From assembly GCA_040954595.2 (NCBI GenBank), contig JBECUI020000057.1, positions 1 through 50,604 of the forward strand: 50,604 bases of DNA, read 5' to 3'. Under the pieces are notes generated by a model. That model was given only the letters and a program-made list of their open reading frames with translations, was not told where the DNA came from and did no database searches. Positions 29,793-43,128 of the stretch are shown here, piece after piece. This DNA is from Balanoglossus misakiensis (lineage: Eukaryota > Animalia > Hemichordata). The position numbers and the translations under genes are program-made. The stretch's first letter is position 1. Each line of letters starts with the position of its first letter.

Positions 29793-29887
29793 TTTTTTTA
29801 TGCCCTGCTCCCCATCCACAACCCCCACCCTTAAGGGGTGGTATAAGGTACTACTGCGAAATCTGTGTGTTTGATTGAAGTTTATGC
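29793..29887. repeat. diverged copy of the ~108-bp array-associated repeat
   Basis: CCCCATCCACAACCCCCACCC-TTAAG-GGGTGGTAT...CTACTGCGAAAT...TTTGATTGAAGT matches the units at 49854-50187. Confidence 0.85.
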
Positions 29888-29923
29888 ATGTTTTTGCTTG
29901 ATTTTTTTGGCACTCCCTCAAAC

Positions 29924-29956
29924 AAAAAAAAGCAGCGGAGGCTATGCTCCGCTGCT
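29924..29956 (-). terminator. rho-independent terminator of lipoprotein gene 3
   Basis: 10-bp stem AGCAGCGGAG/CTCCGCTGCT with a 6-nt loop, followed by a T run on the minus strand. Confidence 0.88.
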
Positions 29957-29978
29957 ATCTATCGGATTCTATCGATTT

Positions 29979-32900
29979 CTACGGGGTCTTTCTATCGGGT
30001 TGGGTTCCGAAGTAATATCCGTCAGCCGTATCCCAGAGACTTGGCCACTTCCCGTCGCCTACCCAGACCCAGTCGCCAATCTGATCGGAAATCCCGTCTG
30101 CGTCCGCATCTGTTTCTCCACCAAAGGAGCTATGCATGGTCCAATGGTCGGCAATAAAAATCTCTCTATCATCGGCTACGTCGGCAGTATTCTTCGTATC
30201 AAAGTATTGATACGGGTCTGTATCTGTTCCCGTTCCTCTGCGAGTAAGGAAGTCCTCACCTATCAATCTCTGTACGTCTGTTGTTCCGCCCACCAGGGGT
30301 GTACCGACCGTACGACCAGTCCCGCAGTAGTTTGATCAACATACCCTCGAATTGCTTTATCACCAGCATCCTTCATTAATTGAGCTGTGCTAACAAATGT
30401 ATAACGCTCGCTAGTGCCAGTTACACTGCCAGCAAAGAATCCTAATAGATTTATCCGAGCACGATAACGTCCTACCAGACCACCAACTCTACCGCCTCTG
30501 ATGTTATTAGTTGCATAACCTTGAATATGTACTGGATCTGGATCACCAGTCCCCAGGTTGTTTACATGTCCATATAATGCACCAGCCCAGTTTCCATGGG
30601 TGTATACAGTACCAGTGAAATACGCATATACCACTGCCCTTGCACCAGGTCTCACGAAGGTATATCCGATAATCCCGCCTACAGAAATACCTGTGGCATG
30701 AACATTACCAGTAACTCCGCCTATTATATCAATAAAATATGCATTACCTACAATTCCACCGACAAATGCATCTAATCCCGAACTTATCCCAGTTTGGACT
30801 ACATCCCCACTGTTATGGACAGCAATCATTCTTCCTTCATCAACAACACCAGCAATACCTCCGATAAGCGCACCTGTCGACAAACTATTTGGACTAACAA
30901 ACCTATAAGAGCTGCTCCCTGACGAAGTAACAACTGTGCCGTTACTTTCCACAGCTATCCTTTCCACTGTTCCCTTGTATATGATTCCCGCCAAGACCCC
31001 TGCCACAGCACCCACACTGACAGAAGGATTAACAAAAAGAATATCTCTAACACGAAGATCAACAGATGAACTACCTCTAATCCTTCCAAAGAGTCCTGAA
31101 CCCGCAGTTCGGCTGGTGTCGTCTATCGTCAGATTGATAATCTTATAGCGATCAGTTACGCCGTCAGTTCGTGTTCCCGCTAAGGTACCGCGAAAGGGGT
31201 TCCCGACCGGCGCCCATCCAGTACTCGGCATGTCGTAGGTACCGGGTGCAGGTATGGTTATATCTGCCTTTAAGAAATAATTAGCAGTTGCGCTTGTATT
31301 ATGTCTCATTGCCCGAAGATCACGCCAGTTGTAAATTTCTCCATTCGGTGGTCGCACTGCTTTGGTAAGCAAAGCTCTCTTTGGCTCTGTAGTACCTGCC
31401 ACTGTTACTGTAATATCTATAGTTACCTCAGTACCGACATTTTGCCATTCGGCATAGGTCATTTGAGGACCAACTCCAACAATGGCATTGCCATTTTCAT
31501 CAAGAGATGCAGTAATGGTAGCAACGGCGTTTGCATTCCTGACTCTTCCCCCTGTATCTTTTATCTCAACTGTCGCAGTCAAGCTATCCGTTGCAGTTAC
31601 GTGAAGCAGATGAAAAAGAAATGGATTATCAATATCTCCTATGCTAAAGTATTGCTGATCATCAGTACTGAGGTCAAACTTGTATTGCAGTGATGCAGGG
31701 ATTACAGTTACTGAAATTGTTACAGATACTGTTCCCGTAATGTCTGCTATTCCGGACTCTATTGTAATAGTTATTCCCGTATATTCTTGATGAACAACTG
31801 ATTCTGTTACCGATATTCTACCGGATGTGGAATCAATCGTCATGCCTGCAGGATTACCGGAGATACTCCACACTGGGTTCGGAGCATTCAGAGTATCCGC
31901 AACAACAAGAAGCTCTTTGTCTGTCGCTATAGTCGGAGCATCGCCATAAGAAACGGTTCCCGACAATGAAATTGTATTAACCGTTAGGGTTAGTATTTGT
32001 GAGGCAGAATCAGAAAAATCATCAGCAGTGGCTGTAACCTCTATTTGATAAGTTCCCGATATTACGCTATTGGACACTGCTATTCGTCCATTTCCTTGTA
32101 CCGTTACCCCATCTGGCAGGGTCCCCGGCACATACGATAATACTGTACCTGTCGGTAGATCAACCTGTGGTGCCGGATCTAAAACTGTTTCCTGACCAAA
32201 ATCCGTTGTAATGCTATCAGAGCTATAGAGAACAAGATTTGCTAAGCTGATTACGGTTACTGTTATTGTTGCCCTTTTTGTAGAATCTGCCGATGCTATT
32301 GCCGTAATGGTCGCCTCGCCACCGGAGACTGTAGTAACTTCTCCTCCCAGCGATACGGTTGCTACTGCCGTATTCGAGCTTGACCAAAGTATATTCCTAT
32401 TTGCCACATTAACAAAGAATGTATCAGGAACAAAAAGTTGTTTTGTTTGACCCATATTCAAGGCATGTTCCGTTATCTTTCCGTCATTGTCATGTATCTC
32501 TAGCTGTCCTATACCGTTACTGACTAATGTAACCGGAGCTGTCCAAGCACTTGCCAAAAGAGGATTATTGGGATCACTAGAATTGTTCGTACGAATTTGG
32601 ATCTCATACGGGCTTGCTTCGTCAAGAGATGTCAGGGTTATGGCCGGTGCCGCGACTGTTCCTCCATTGTTCCAAGCGCTTTCGCCTTCTGCCCGATACT
32701 CGACGGTGTAGGTGTTCGCAACTAAATTGCCGTTTACATCTGCTCCACGAGTAGCACCATCCCAGTTCAGAGCAAGGGTTCCTTTCTCGCTTACCGCATT
32801 ATCCTTCGTAATAGTATCCTTATTGACTATCCCCGGTGCAGTCGCACCAGATGCGTTTGTCCTTACCGTTTGAGTGGGGCTTGTTTCATCTACAACACCA

Positions 32901-35900
32901 GTTAATATCGCCGTAATGACTACATAGTAGTCAGTCTCCGGTACCAAATTATCAATGGTAACTGTCCATTTTCCTTCAGCTAATGTCGGGGCTGCCTGCT
33001 CATTGGCTGAGTTTTCTATATCAGCATTCGTATCAGACAAATAGACGGTGTAGGTTACATCAATATCAACGATGGGTGCCCAAGTCAGTACTAGGCTTGT
33101 TGGTGATGGTTCAGATGTTATGACAAACTCTCTTCCCTGTATGAGTGCTGCCGTTACTGCTATTGTTGCAGATTTTGTGGAATCTGCCGCAGCTGTTGCC
33201 GTAATGGTTGCCGTACCTTCCGAGACTGCAGAAATGACTCCTGCTGGTGTTACTGTTGCCTTTGTTTCATCGGAACTTGTCCAGAGTATATTCGTATTTG
33301 CCACATTAACAAAGAATGTATGGGGAACTAGTAGCTGTTTTGTTTGATTAACCTCTATTGTCAGTTCCGTTATCTTTCCGTTATTGTCATGTATCTCCAA
33401 CTGTCCTATACCGTTACTGACTAATGTAACCGGAGCTGTCCACGCACTTTCCAAAAGAGGATTATTGGGATCACTAGAATTGTTCGTACGAATTTGGATC
33501 TCATACGGGCTTGCTTCGTCAAGAGAGGTTATGGTTATCGTCGGTGCCGCGACTGTTCCTCCATTGGTCCAAGCGCTTTCGCCTTCTGCCCGATACTCGA
33601 CGGTGTAGGTGTTCGCAACTAAATTGCCGTTTACATCTGTTCCACGAGTAGCACCATCCCAGTTTAGAGCAAGGGTTCCTTTCTCGCTTACCGCATTATC
33701 CTTGGTAATGCTATCCTTATTGACTACCCCCGGTGCAGTCGCACCAGATTGGCTTGTGCTTAGCGTTTGAGTGGGGCTTGTTTCATCTACAACACCAGTT
33801 AATATCGCCGTAATAACAACATAGTAGTCAGTCTCCGGTACCAAATTATCAATGGTAACTGTCCATTTCCCTTCGACTAGTGTCGGGGCTGCCTGCTCAT
33901 TGGCTGGGTTTTCTATATCAGTACTCGTATCAGAAAAATAGACGGTGTAAGTAACATCAATATCAACGATGGGTGCCCAAGTCAGTACTATGCTTGTTGC
34001 TGATGGTTCAGATTCTATAACAAACTCTCTTGCTTGTGGGGATTCTACCGTTACTGTTAGGTCTTGGGTTGCACTACTGGTATAGCCATCTGCTGTTGCT
34101 GTAATGCTGAGTGTGGATGTACCAAGTTCTGCATCCGAATCCAGACTAATGGTTCCATCCGATGCAAGGCTTATGCCTACAGGTAATGGATTTCCGTCGT
34201 TTAACGTTCCCGTATAGGATAGTTCCAGACCGGCAACCGGAAGTCCTTGCGGATTTGCTCCTAGGACTGCAGTGGTAACCGGATAGGTAGCTGTAAGCGT
34301 TGCCGGGTCATACAGGATGACGTTCTCTAATCCGGGCACAGTTACCGTTACAGTTGCCGTGTTTGTTGAATCTGCCGCTGCTGCTGCCGTAATGGTTGCC
34401 GTGCCGTCTGAGACTGCAGAAACAACTCCTCCTGTTACTGTTGCCTTTGTTTCATCGGAACTTGTCCAATTTACATTGGCATCAGCAACATTGATAAACA
34501 ATGATGCAGGAACTGTTAGGGTTTTTTGCTGTCCAACAGGAAGGGTCAACGTGTTCCCGGGAATCTCATTGCCATTGGCATCTCGTATCTCAAGTGTACG
34601 AATACCGTTGCTGGTAAGGGTTACAGGCGGTTCTGTCCAAGGACTCGCTTTAGTTATATCACGCTATGCACTGCCTCTATACGAATAGCGTAATCGGTCG
34701 CTTCGTCCAAGCCTGTTAATGTAAGAGTCGTGTCCGTTATACCTTCTTGAGTGAACAATTCGTTTGATCTCAGATTTTGATACTCAACATTGTACGTGCT
34801 TGCAATTGGATTGCCGTCGTCATCGGTTCCTTCAGATGCAAGCCCAGTTAATTTTTAAGTTTCCTTGCCCCTTCTCCGTATTATCTTTGACTATTCCTGA
34901 AACCGCATCGGGAGCCGAAACACCTGAGGCTCGTGTGTCTATTGTTAATATCTCACTTGTTGCCGTTGCACCTCCTTGACTCTCCGCTTGCACCACTACA
35001 TAGTAGGATGTTTCCGGGGTTAATCCGGTAATATCCAATGTCCACCAACCGGTACCCGGATCCAGTGTCGGTGCATCCTGCTTGTTGGCATTATCAATTA
35101 ATCCTGCTTCCGCAGTTGCCAGATAGACGGTGTATGTAAGTTCTGCTGCTGAAATTGGTTCCCAGCGAACTGTAATGCGTCTTGCTGCCGATGATCTCTG
35201 CACATCCACAAACCCTGTTACCTGTACTGTAACCGTTGCAGTTTTACTCGCATCTGCATTTGATGTCGCCGTAATTGTTAGGCCATCGGTAACTGCCAAT
35301 GCCCTTATCTCTCCATTCAGCACCGAAACTTCCTGTTCGTTACTACTTTCCCAATCAATATTCGTATTCTCTACATTAACAAAAACCGATGAGGGAACAC
35401 TTAGGATCGCTCCCTCGGCTATTGCCAAGGTCAGAGTAGTTAGGTCCACGCCATTTTGCTGAATAAGCAGAGGTTTAATACCGTTGCTGGTAAGAACGAC
35501 AGGTGGGTCGGTCCAGTCACTTACTAAATCGGAATTAAAACTGTTTACTGCTTGTATACGAATAGCGTAATCGGTCGCTTCTGCCAAGCCGGTTAAGGTA
35601 AAGGTCGTCGTGTCCCTTATACCGTCTTGAATGAACTCTTCGTTTGATCTCAGATTTTGATACTTTACAGTGTAAATGCTTTCAACAGTATGCCCATTCG
35701 TATCTGTTCCTTGTGAGTCCTGCCAGTTCAACTTGAGGTTGCCTGCTGTCTTCTCGGCATCATCCTTTACAATGTTGCTCACCATATTGGGGGCTACTGC
35801 CTCCAATCCAAATGTTGTTACCTGCAAAGGAGCACTTTCTATGTTTTCGCTCGGTACGGTAACAACAATGTAATAGGGGGTATTCGGTTCTAGCCCATCA

Positions 35901-36763
35901 ATGGTCAATGACCAGAGGGATAAATCTGCTTGAAAGGATGGGGCTGCCTGCTCATTCGCCGCATCTATTATTCCGGTCTCTGTTGTTGCCAAATAGACCG
36001 TATAGGTCAGGTCTCGGGAGGAAATGGCTTGCCAACTAACTGTAATGGATCGGGCTGATTGAGATGCTGATGGTTCCAAAGTGCCCAGCTGTTCGGCTGA
36101 TGTTTGTACGGTGGCAGGTGCCGGTATGGAAGTACTATCTCCTTCTGGATATATTGCTGTAACCTCAACTGCATACTCCGTTGCCGGATCAAGGTTGGAA
36201 ATAAGGGTAGATAGCTCGCCAGCAGCAACGGAAATAGGAACTAAGGCTGCTCCACTTGTTGGTGTTAATTGGATTGTATATCCCTGAACATCGCTACGTT
36301 CAGTCGGGGCTGTCCACGATACCCTTATCTGAGTTGCAGCATCATCGCCTGCAGCAGTTGCTACATCGCTTACGCTTGTTCCTGCTTCTGCAACCTTACC
36401 GGTTGCCGGTAAATCAACACTTGCTACCTGAGAAGAAGAAGTGCCCTGCTTGGCTACGACTTCTACTGTGTAGACTGTTTCCGCACTTAACTGCAATCCT
36501 GAAAATGTATGCGATGTACCAGTTACATCTGTTGTTTGTACCAGTGCATTTCCCGAACTTAGGGTTATGGTGTACGTATAGGTGCCTGTACTGGGTGCAG
36601 ACCATGAAACTGTAATTGCATCGGCTGCTACGAATTTGTGCACGCACTCCCGTTGCCGGGTCAACAACTATCGTTTCTCCCCTCCTCCAGATGCACCCCC
36701 ACAAGCTGAAAGAACAACAACTAACACAACACTAATAGCAATCAAGAATGCTTTATAACTCAT
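29979..36763 (-). CDS. giant surface lipoprotein copy 3 (FN3, Big_2/Ig-like and GLUG-type tip), several frameshifts
   Basis: ATG at 36763 (MSYKAFLIAISVVLVVVLSA-C). ORFs 34832-36667, 30263-34549 and 29979-30293 are colinear with intact copy 1. Confidence 0.88.
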
Positions 36764-36823
36764 TTATAACCTCTCTGTTTTTATTGAGTAATATACTTAG
36801 GTATATTTTTTATACAGTCATAT

Positions 36824-36852
36824 ATTATAGTGTCAAAATATGCAAACGACAA
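36824..36852 (-). promoter_or_regulatory. sigma70 promoter of lipoprotein gene 3
   Basis: TTGTCG-17 bp-TATAAT, with a GAGAGG RBS before the ATG. Confidence 0.7.
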
Positions 36853-36865
36853 GCCCCTAAAGCAA

Positions 36866-37001
36866 AATGTGCGGTTTTGATTGAAGTAGGTGCGGATATT
36901 TATCATTTTTTTTGTATGATCCCCCCCATCCACAACCCCCACCCATCAGGGGTGGTATTACAAACTACTGCGAAATGTGCGGTTTTGATTGAAGTATGTG
37001 C
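36866..37001. repeat. ~108-bp array-associated repeat (one full unit plus partial)
   Basis: AAATGTGCGGTTTTGATTGAAGTA occurs twice, around the C-run/hairpin core. Confidence 0.9.
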
Positions 37002-37035
37002 ATATTTTACTTGATTTTTTGGCTCTACCTCAAAC

Positions 37036-37067
37036 AAAAAAAGCAGCGGAGGCTATGCTCCGCTGCT
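37036..37067 (-). terminator. rho-independent terminator of lipoprotein gene 2
   Basis: Same AGCAGCGGAG/CTCCGCTGCT stem and T run. Confidence 0.88.
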
Positions 37068-37089
37068 ATCTATCGGATTCTATCGATTT

Positions 37090-40000
37090 CTACGGGGTCT
37101 TTCTATCGGGTTGGGTTCCGAAGTAATATCCGTCAGCCGTATCCCAGAGACTTGGCCATTTGCCGTCGCCTACCCAGACCCAGTCGCCAATTCTGATCGG
37201 GAATCCCGTCTGAGTCCGCATCTGTTTCTCCACCAAAGGAGCTATGCATGGTCCAATGGTCGTCGGCAAGAAAAATCTCTGTATCATCGGCTTCGTCGGC
37301 AGTATTCTTCGTATCAAAGTATTGATACGGGTCTGCATCAGTTCCCGTTCCTCTGCGAGTAAGGGAGCCCTCACCTAGCAATCTCTGTACGTCTGTTATT
37401 CCTCCTCTTAGGGATGAACCGAGCATCGTAGTAGTTCCCGCAGTAGTTTGATCAACATACCCTCGAATAGCAAAAGGAGTAGTTTCATGAAATCCACCCT
37501 CTGCAATAAATGTAAATTGACTATTTGCAAAAGAAGTTGCTACCGAACCCGCAAAAATCCTTGTACATCAACCATACGCAGGAAATAGCCAACTAACCCA
37601 CCTGTGTATGAAATTGCCTCGGCCTGACCATCAGAACTGATGCTACCAGTCGAATAACCCCTTATTTGGTTTATTTTATTAACAGACTGGCCGCTCCAGC
37701 GTTGACTACGCCCTACTAGTCCCCCTAAGTGTCCTTTTCTGCTACTATATATGTTACCGGTAGAATAGCCAAATATCTGCGTAGGATCACCATCGGCCGT
37801 CTTGGCTTCTCCAGCAATCCCCCCAAAATAATTATCATCTCCTCTAATATCGCCAGTAAAACCTCCTATTACAGTCACGGCAACACCCCACCCTAGAATT
37901 CCACCAACACGTCCCTGACCAAAATTGCCTCGTTCTTGAACTATATCCCCGCTGTTATGAACGGCAATAAGGCGCCCTCGTTCCATGGCACCAACAATGC
38001 CCCCTAAGAACATACCTTTGTCACTGCCACTGTAGGAGAGAGCACGAAGATCAACCTCCCCCGATAGCCCAGTAAGGACTGCACCACTACTTTCCACTGC
38101 TACCCTTTCTACTGAGGCAGCATATATTCTTCCTACCAAGACTCCTGCCAGAGCTGCCACACGGATGGAAGGATTAACAAAAAGAATGTCTCTAACACGA
38201 ATAGAGTTCGGACTGCTACTTCGAATCATTCGAAAGAGTCCTGAACCCGCAGTTCGGCTGGTGTTGTTTATCGTCAGATTGATAATCTTATAGCGATCAG
38301 TTACGCCGTCAGTTCGTGTTCCCGCTAAGGTACCGCGAAAGGGGTTCCCGACCGGCGACCATCCAGTACTCGGTAATGGCGTAGGTATCGGGTGCAGGTA
38401 TGGTTATATCTGCCTTTAAGAAATAATTAGCAGTGTCGCTTACATCATGTCTCATTGCCTGAAGATCACGCCAGTTGTAAATTTCTCCCAGTGGTCGCAC
38501 TGTTTTGGCCAATGAAGAAGTGACCAGAAACTGTACCAGCATCTACTACCGTAATGTCTATGGTTATCGTGCGTCCTAGAGTTGACCATTCAGCATAGGT
38601 CATTTGAGGTCCAGCACCAACTATGGTATTTCCATTTTCATCAAGAGATACAGTAATGGTAGCATCGGTGTTTGCATTTTTAGTGGCTCCCGTTGCATCT
38701 TTTATCTCTATCGTTGCTGTTAAACCGTCTGTTGCCGTCCTTCCCGCTACAAGAAAAAGAAAGGGATTATCAATATCTCCCATGCCGAAATATGCCCGGT
38801 CCTCAACAGTGAGATCAGCCTTATATTGAATTGGTGCATCTTCCACGGTTACTGAAAGATTCAAATCCACTGTTCCCGTAATGCCTGGAGTTCCAGATGC
38901 TATCGTAATGGTTACCGAGTATGCCTGAGCAGAAACAGCATCCGTTACCGATATTCTTCCGGTTATGGGATCAATCGTCATGCCTGCAGGGTTGCCGGAG
39001 ATACTCCATACGGGGTTCGGAGCATTTAGAGTATTTGTAAGTACAGATAGCGGGGTCAGTGATGATACAACCGGATTATTGCCGTATGAAACCGTTCCCG
39101 TCAGTACAACCGAATTAATTGTTAAGGTTATGGCATGGGACGCAGAATCAGAATATCCATCAACAGTGGCTGTTACCACTATCTGATAGGTACCCGCCAG
39201 AGTAGTCCCTAAAACAGTTATAAGCCCATCAGTTCCTACAGTTACGCCAGCAGGCAAAGGAAGGCCGTTTTCAAGTGTGGCAGTATACGATAATGCTGCA
39301 CCTGCAGGTAAAGTTTGTGGGGCTGGAGCTAATGTTGCTTCCTGCCCAGCATCTGTCGTAATGCTTGCGGTGTTGTAAAGAACAATATCTGCCACAGCGA
39401 ATACTGTTACTGTTACCATTGCAGATTTTGTAGGATCTGCCTCTGCTGTTGCCGTAATGGTTGCCGTACCGTCCGAGACTGCAGAAATGACTCCTGCTGG
39501 TGTTACTGTTGCCTTTGTTTCATCGGAACTTGTCCAGAGTATATTCGTATTTGCCACATTAACAAAGAATGTATGGGGAACTAGTAGCTGTTTTGTTTGA
39601 TTAACATCTATGGTTAGTTCCGTTATCTTTCCGTTATTGTCATGTATCTCCAGCTGTCCTATACCGTTACTGACTAATGTAACCGGAGCTGTCCACGCAC
39701 TTTCCAAAAGAGGATTATTGGGATCGCTAGAATTGTTCGTACGAATTTGGATCTCATACGGGCTTGCTTCATCAAGAGAGGTTATGGTTATGCTCGGTGT
39801 CGCAACTGTTCCTCCATTGATCCAAGCGCTTTCGCCTTCTACCCGATACTGGACGGTGTAGGTGTTCGCAACTAAATTACCGTTTAGATCTGTTCCACGA
39901 GTAGCGGCATCCCAGTTCAGAGCAAGGGTTCCTTTCTCGCTTACCGCATTATCCTTCGTAATAGTATCCTTATTGACTACCCCCGGTGCAGTCGCACCAG

Positions 40001-43000
40001 ATGCGTTTGTCCTTACCGTTTGAGTGGGGCTTGTTTCATCTACAATGCCGCCGGTTAAGAACGCCTTAATGACTACATAGTAGTCAGTCTCCGGGAGCAA
40101 ATTATCAATGGTAACTGTCCATTTCCCTTCGACTAGTGTCGGGGCTGCCTGTTCATTGGCTGGGTTTTCTATATCAGTACTCGTATCAGAAAAATAGACG
40201 GTGTAGGTTACATCAATATCAACGATGGGTGCCCAAGTCAGTACTATGCTTGTTGCTGATGGTTCAGATTCTATAACAAACTCTCTTACTTGTGGGGATT
40301 CTACCGTTACTGTTAGGTCTTGGGTTGCACTACTGGTATAGCCATCTGCTGTTGCTGTAATGCTGAGTGTGGATGTACCAAGTTCTGCATCCGAATCCAG
40401 ACTAATGGTTCCATCCGATGCAAGGCTTATGCCTACAGGTAATGGATTTCCGTCGCTTAGTGTTCCCGTATAGGATAGTTCCAGACCGGCAACCGGAAGT
40501 CCTTGCGGATTTGCTCCTAGGACTGCAGTGGTAACCGGATAGGTAGCTGTAAGCGTTGCCGGGTCATACAGGATGACGTTCTCTAATCCGGGCACAGTTA
40601 CCGTTACAGTTGCCGTGTTTGTTGAATCTGCCGCTGCTGCTGCCGTAATGGTTGCCGTACCGTCTGAGACTGCAGAAACAACTCCTCCTGTTACTGTTGC
40701 CTTTGTTTCATCGGAACTTGTCCAATTTACATTGGCATCAGCAACATTGATAAACAATGATGCAGGAACTGTTAGGGTTTTTTGCTGTCCAACAGGAAGG
40801 GTCAACGTGTTCCCGGGAATCTCATTGCCATTGGCATCTCGTATCTCAAGTGTACGAATACCGTTGCTGGTAAGGGTTACAGGCGGTTCTGTCCAAGGGC
40901 TCGCTTTAGTTATATCAACGCTATGCACTGCCTCTATACGAATAGCGTAATCGGTCGCTTCGTCCAAGCCTGTTAGTGTAAGAGTCGTGTCCGTTATACC
41001 TTCTTGAGTGAACAATTCGTTTGATCTCAGATTTTGATACTCAACATTGTACGTGCTTGCAATTGGATTGCCGTCATCATCGGTTCCTTCTGAGACAAGC
41101 CAGTTAATTTTTAAGTTTCCTTGCCCCTTCTCCGTATTATCTTTGACTATTCCTGAAACCGCATCGGGAGCCGAAACACCTGAGGCTCGTGTGTCTATTG
41201 TTAAGATCGCACTTGTTGCCGTTGCACCTCCTTGACTCTCCGCTTGCACCACTACATAGTAGGATGTTTCCGGGGTTAATCCGGTAATATCCAATGTCCA
41301 CCAAGCAGTACCCGGATCCAGTGTCGGTGCATCCTGCTTGTTGGCATTATCAATTAATCCTGCTTCCGCAGTTGCCAGATAGACGGTGTATGTAAGTTCT
41401 GCTGCTGAAATTGGTTCCCAGCGAACTGTAATGCGTCTTGCTGCCGATGATCTCTGCACATCCACAAACCCTGTTACCTGTACTGTAACCGTTGCAGTTT
41501 TACTCGCATCTGCATTTGATGTCGCCGTAATTGTTACGCCATCGGTAACTGCCAATGCCCTTATCTCTCCATTCAGCACCGAAACTTCCTGTTCGTTACT
41601 ACTTTCCCAATCAATATTCGTATTCTCTACATTAACAAAAACCGATGAGGGAACACTTAGGATCGCTCCCTCGGCTATTGCCAAGGTCAGAGTAGTTAGG
41701 TCCACGCCATTTTGTTGAATAAGCAGAGGTTTAATACCGTTGCTGGTAAGAACGACAGGTGGGTCGGTCTCACTTACTAAATCGGAATTAAAACTGTTTA
41801 CTGCTTGTATACGAATCTCGTAATCGGTCGCTTCTTCCAGCCCGGTTAAGGTAAGTGTCGGGTCACTCGTGCCCACTTGACTGAGTGGGGCGTCCGATGT
41901 TCCCACCTTTTGATACTTTACAGTGTAAATGCTTTCAACAGGATCCCCATTCGTATCTGTTCCTCGTGAGTCCTGCCAGTTCAACTTGAGGTTGCCTGCT
42001 GTCTTCTCGGCATCATCCTTTACAATGTTGCTCACCATATTGGGGGCTACTGCCTCCAATCCAAATGTTGTTACCTGCAAAGGAGCACTTTCTATGTTTT
42101 CGCTCGGTACGGTAACAACAATGTAATAGGGAGTATTCGGTTCTAGCCCATCAATGGTCAATGACCAAAGGGATAAATCTGCTTGAAAGGATGGGGCTGC
42201 CTGCTCATTCGCCGCATCTATTATTCCGGTCTCTGTTGTTGCCAAATAGACCGTATAGGTCAGGTCTCGGGAGGAAATGGCTTGCCAACTAACTGTAATG
42301 GATCGGGCTGATTGAGATGCTGATGGTTCCAAAGTGCCCAGCTGTTCGGCTGATGTTTGTACGGTGGCAGGTGCCGGTATGGAAGTACTATCTCCGTTTG
42401 GATATATTGCTGTAACCTCAACTGCATACTCCGTTGCCGGATCAAGGTTGGAAATAAGGGTAGATAGCTCGCCAGCAGCAACGGAAATAGGATCTAAGGC
42501 TGCTCCACCTGTTGGTGTTAATTGGATTGTATATCCCTGAACATCGCTACGTCCAGTCGGGGCTGTCCACGATACCCTTATCTGAGTTGCAGCATCATCG
42601 CCTGCAGCAGTTGCTACATCGCTTACGCTTGTTCCTGCTTCTGCAACCTTACCGGTTGCCGGTAAATCAACACTTGCTACCTGAGAAGAAGAAGTGCCCT
42701 GCTTGGCTACGACTTCTACTGTGTAGACTGTTTCCGCACTTAACTGCAATCCTGAAAATGTATGCGATATACCAGTTACATCTGTTGTTTGTACCGGTGC
42801 ATTTCCCGAACTTAGGGTTATGGTGTACGTATAGGTGCCTGTACTTGGTGCAGACCATGAAACTGTAATTGCATCGGCTGCTACGAACTGTGCTCGTACT
42901 CCCGTTGCCGGGTCAACAACTATCGTTTCTCCCCCTCCTCCAGATGCACCCCCACAAGCTGAAAGAACAACAACTAACACAACACTAATAGCAATCAACA

Positions 43001-43016
43001 ATGCTTTATAACTCAT
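37090..43016 (-). CDS. giant surface lipoprotein copy 2 (FN3, Big_2/Ig-like and GLUG-type tip), frameshifted in the 3' 1.4 kb
   Basis: Lipobox LSA-C. ORFs 38466-43016, 38309-38542, 37540-38229, 37133-37426 and 37090-37374 join into one colinear protein. Confidence 0.88.
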
Positions 43017-43076
43017 TTATAACCTCTCTGTTTTTATTGAGTAATGTACTTAGGTATATTTTTTATACAGTCATAT

Positions 43077-43105
43077 ATTATAGTATCAAAATATGCAAAC
43101 GACAA
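43077..43105 (-). promoter_or_regulatory. sigma70 promoter of lipoprotein gene 2
   Basis: TTGTCG-17 bp-TATAAT. Confidence 0.7.
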
Positions 43106-43128
43106 GCCCCTAAAGCAAAATATACATG

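Noticed and set aside
30290-38240. Diversity-generating retroelement acting on the variable tips
   Set aside because: No reverse transcriptase or template repeat is in the window, and the differences between copies involve all four bases and indels rather than adenines only.
29979-43016. Copies 2 and 3 as silent pseudogene cassettes or phase-variable genes
   Set aside because: Both keep the promoter, RBS, signal peptide and terminator, and essential genes in this window carry similar indels. Sequencing error is the simpler explanation until reads are checked.
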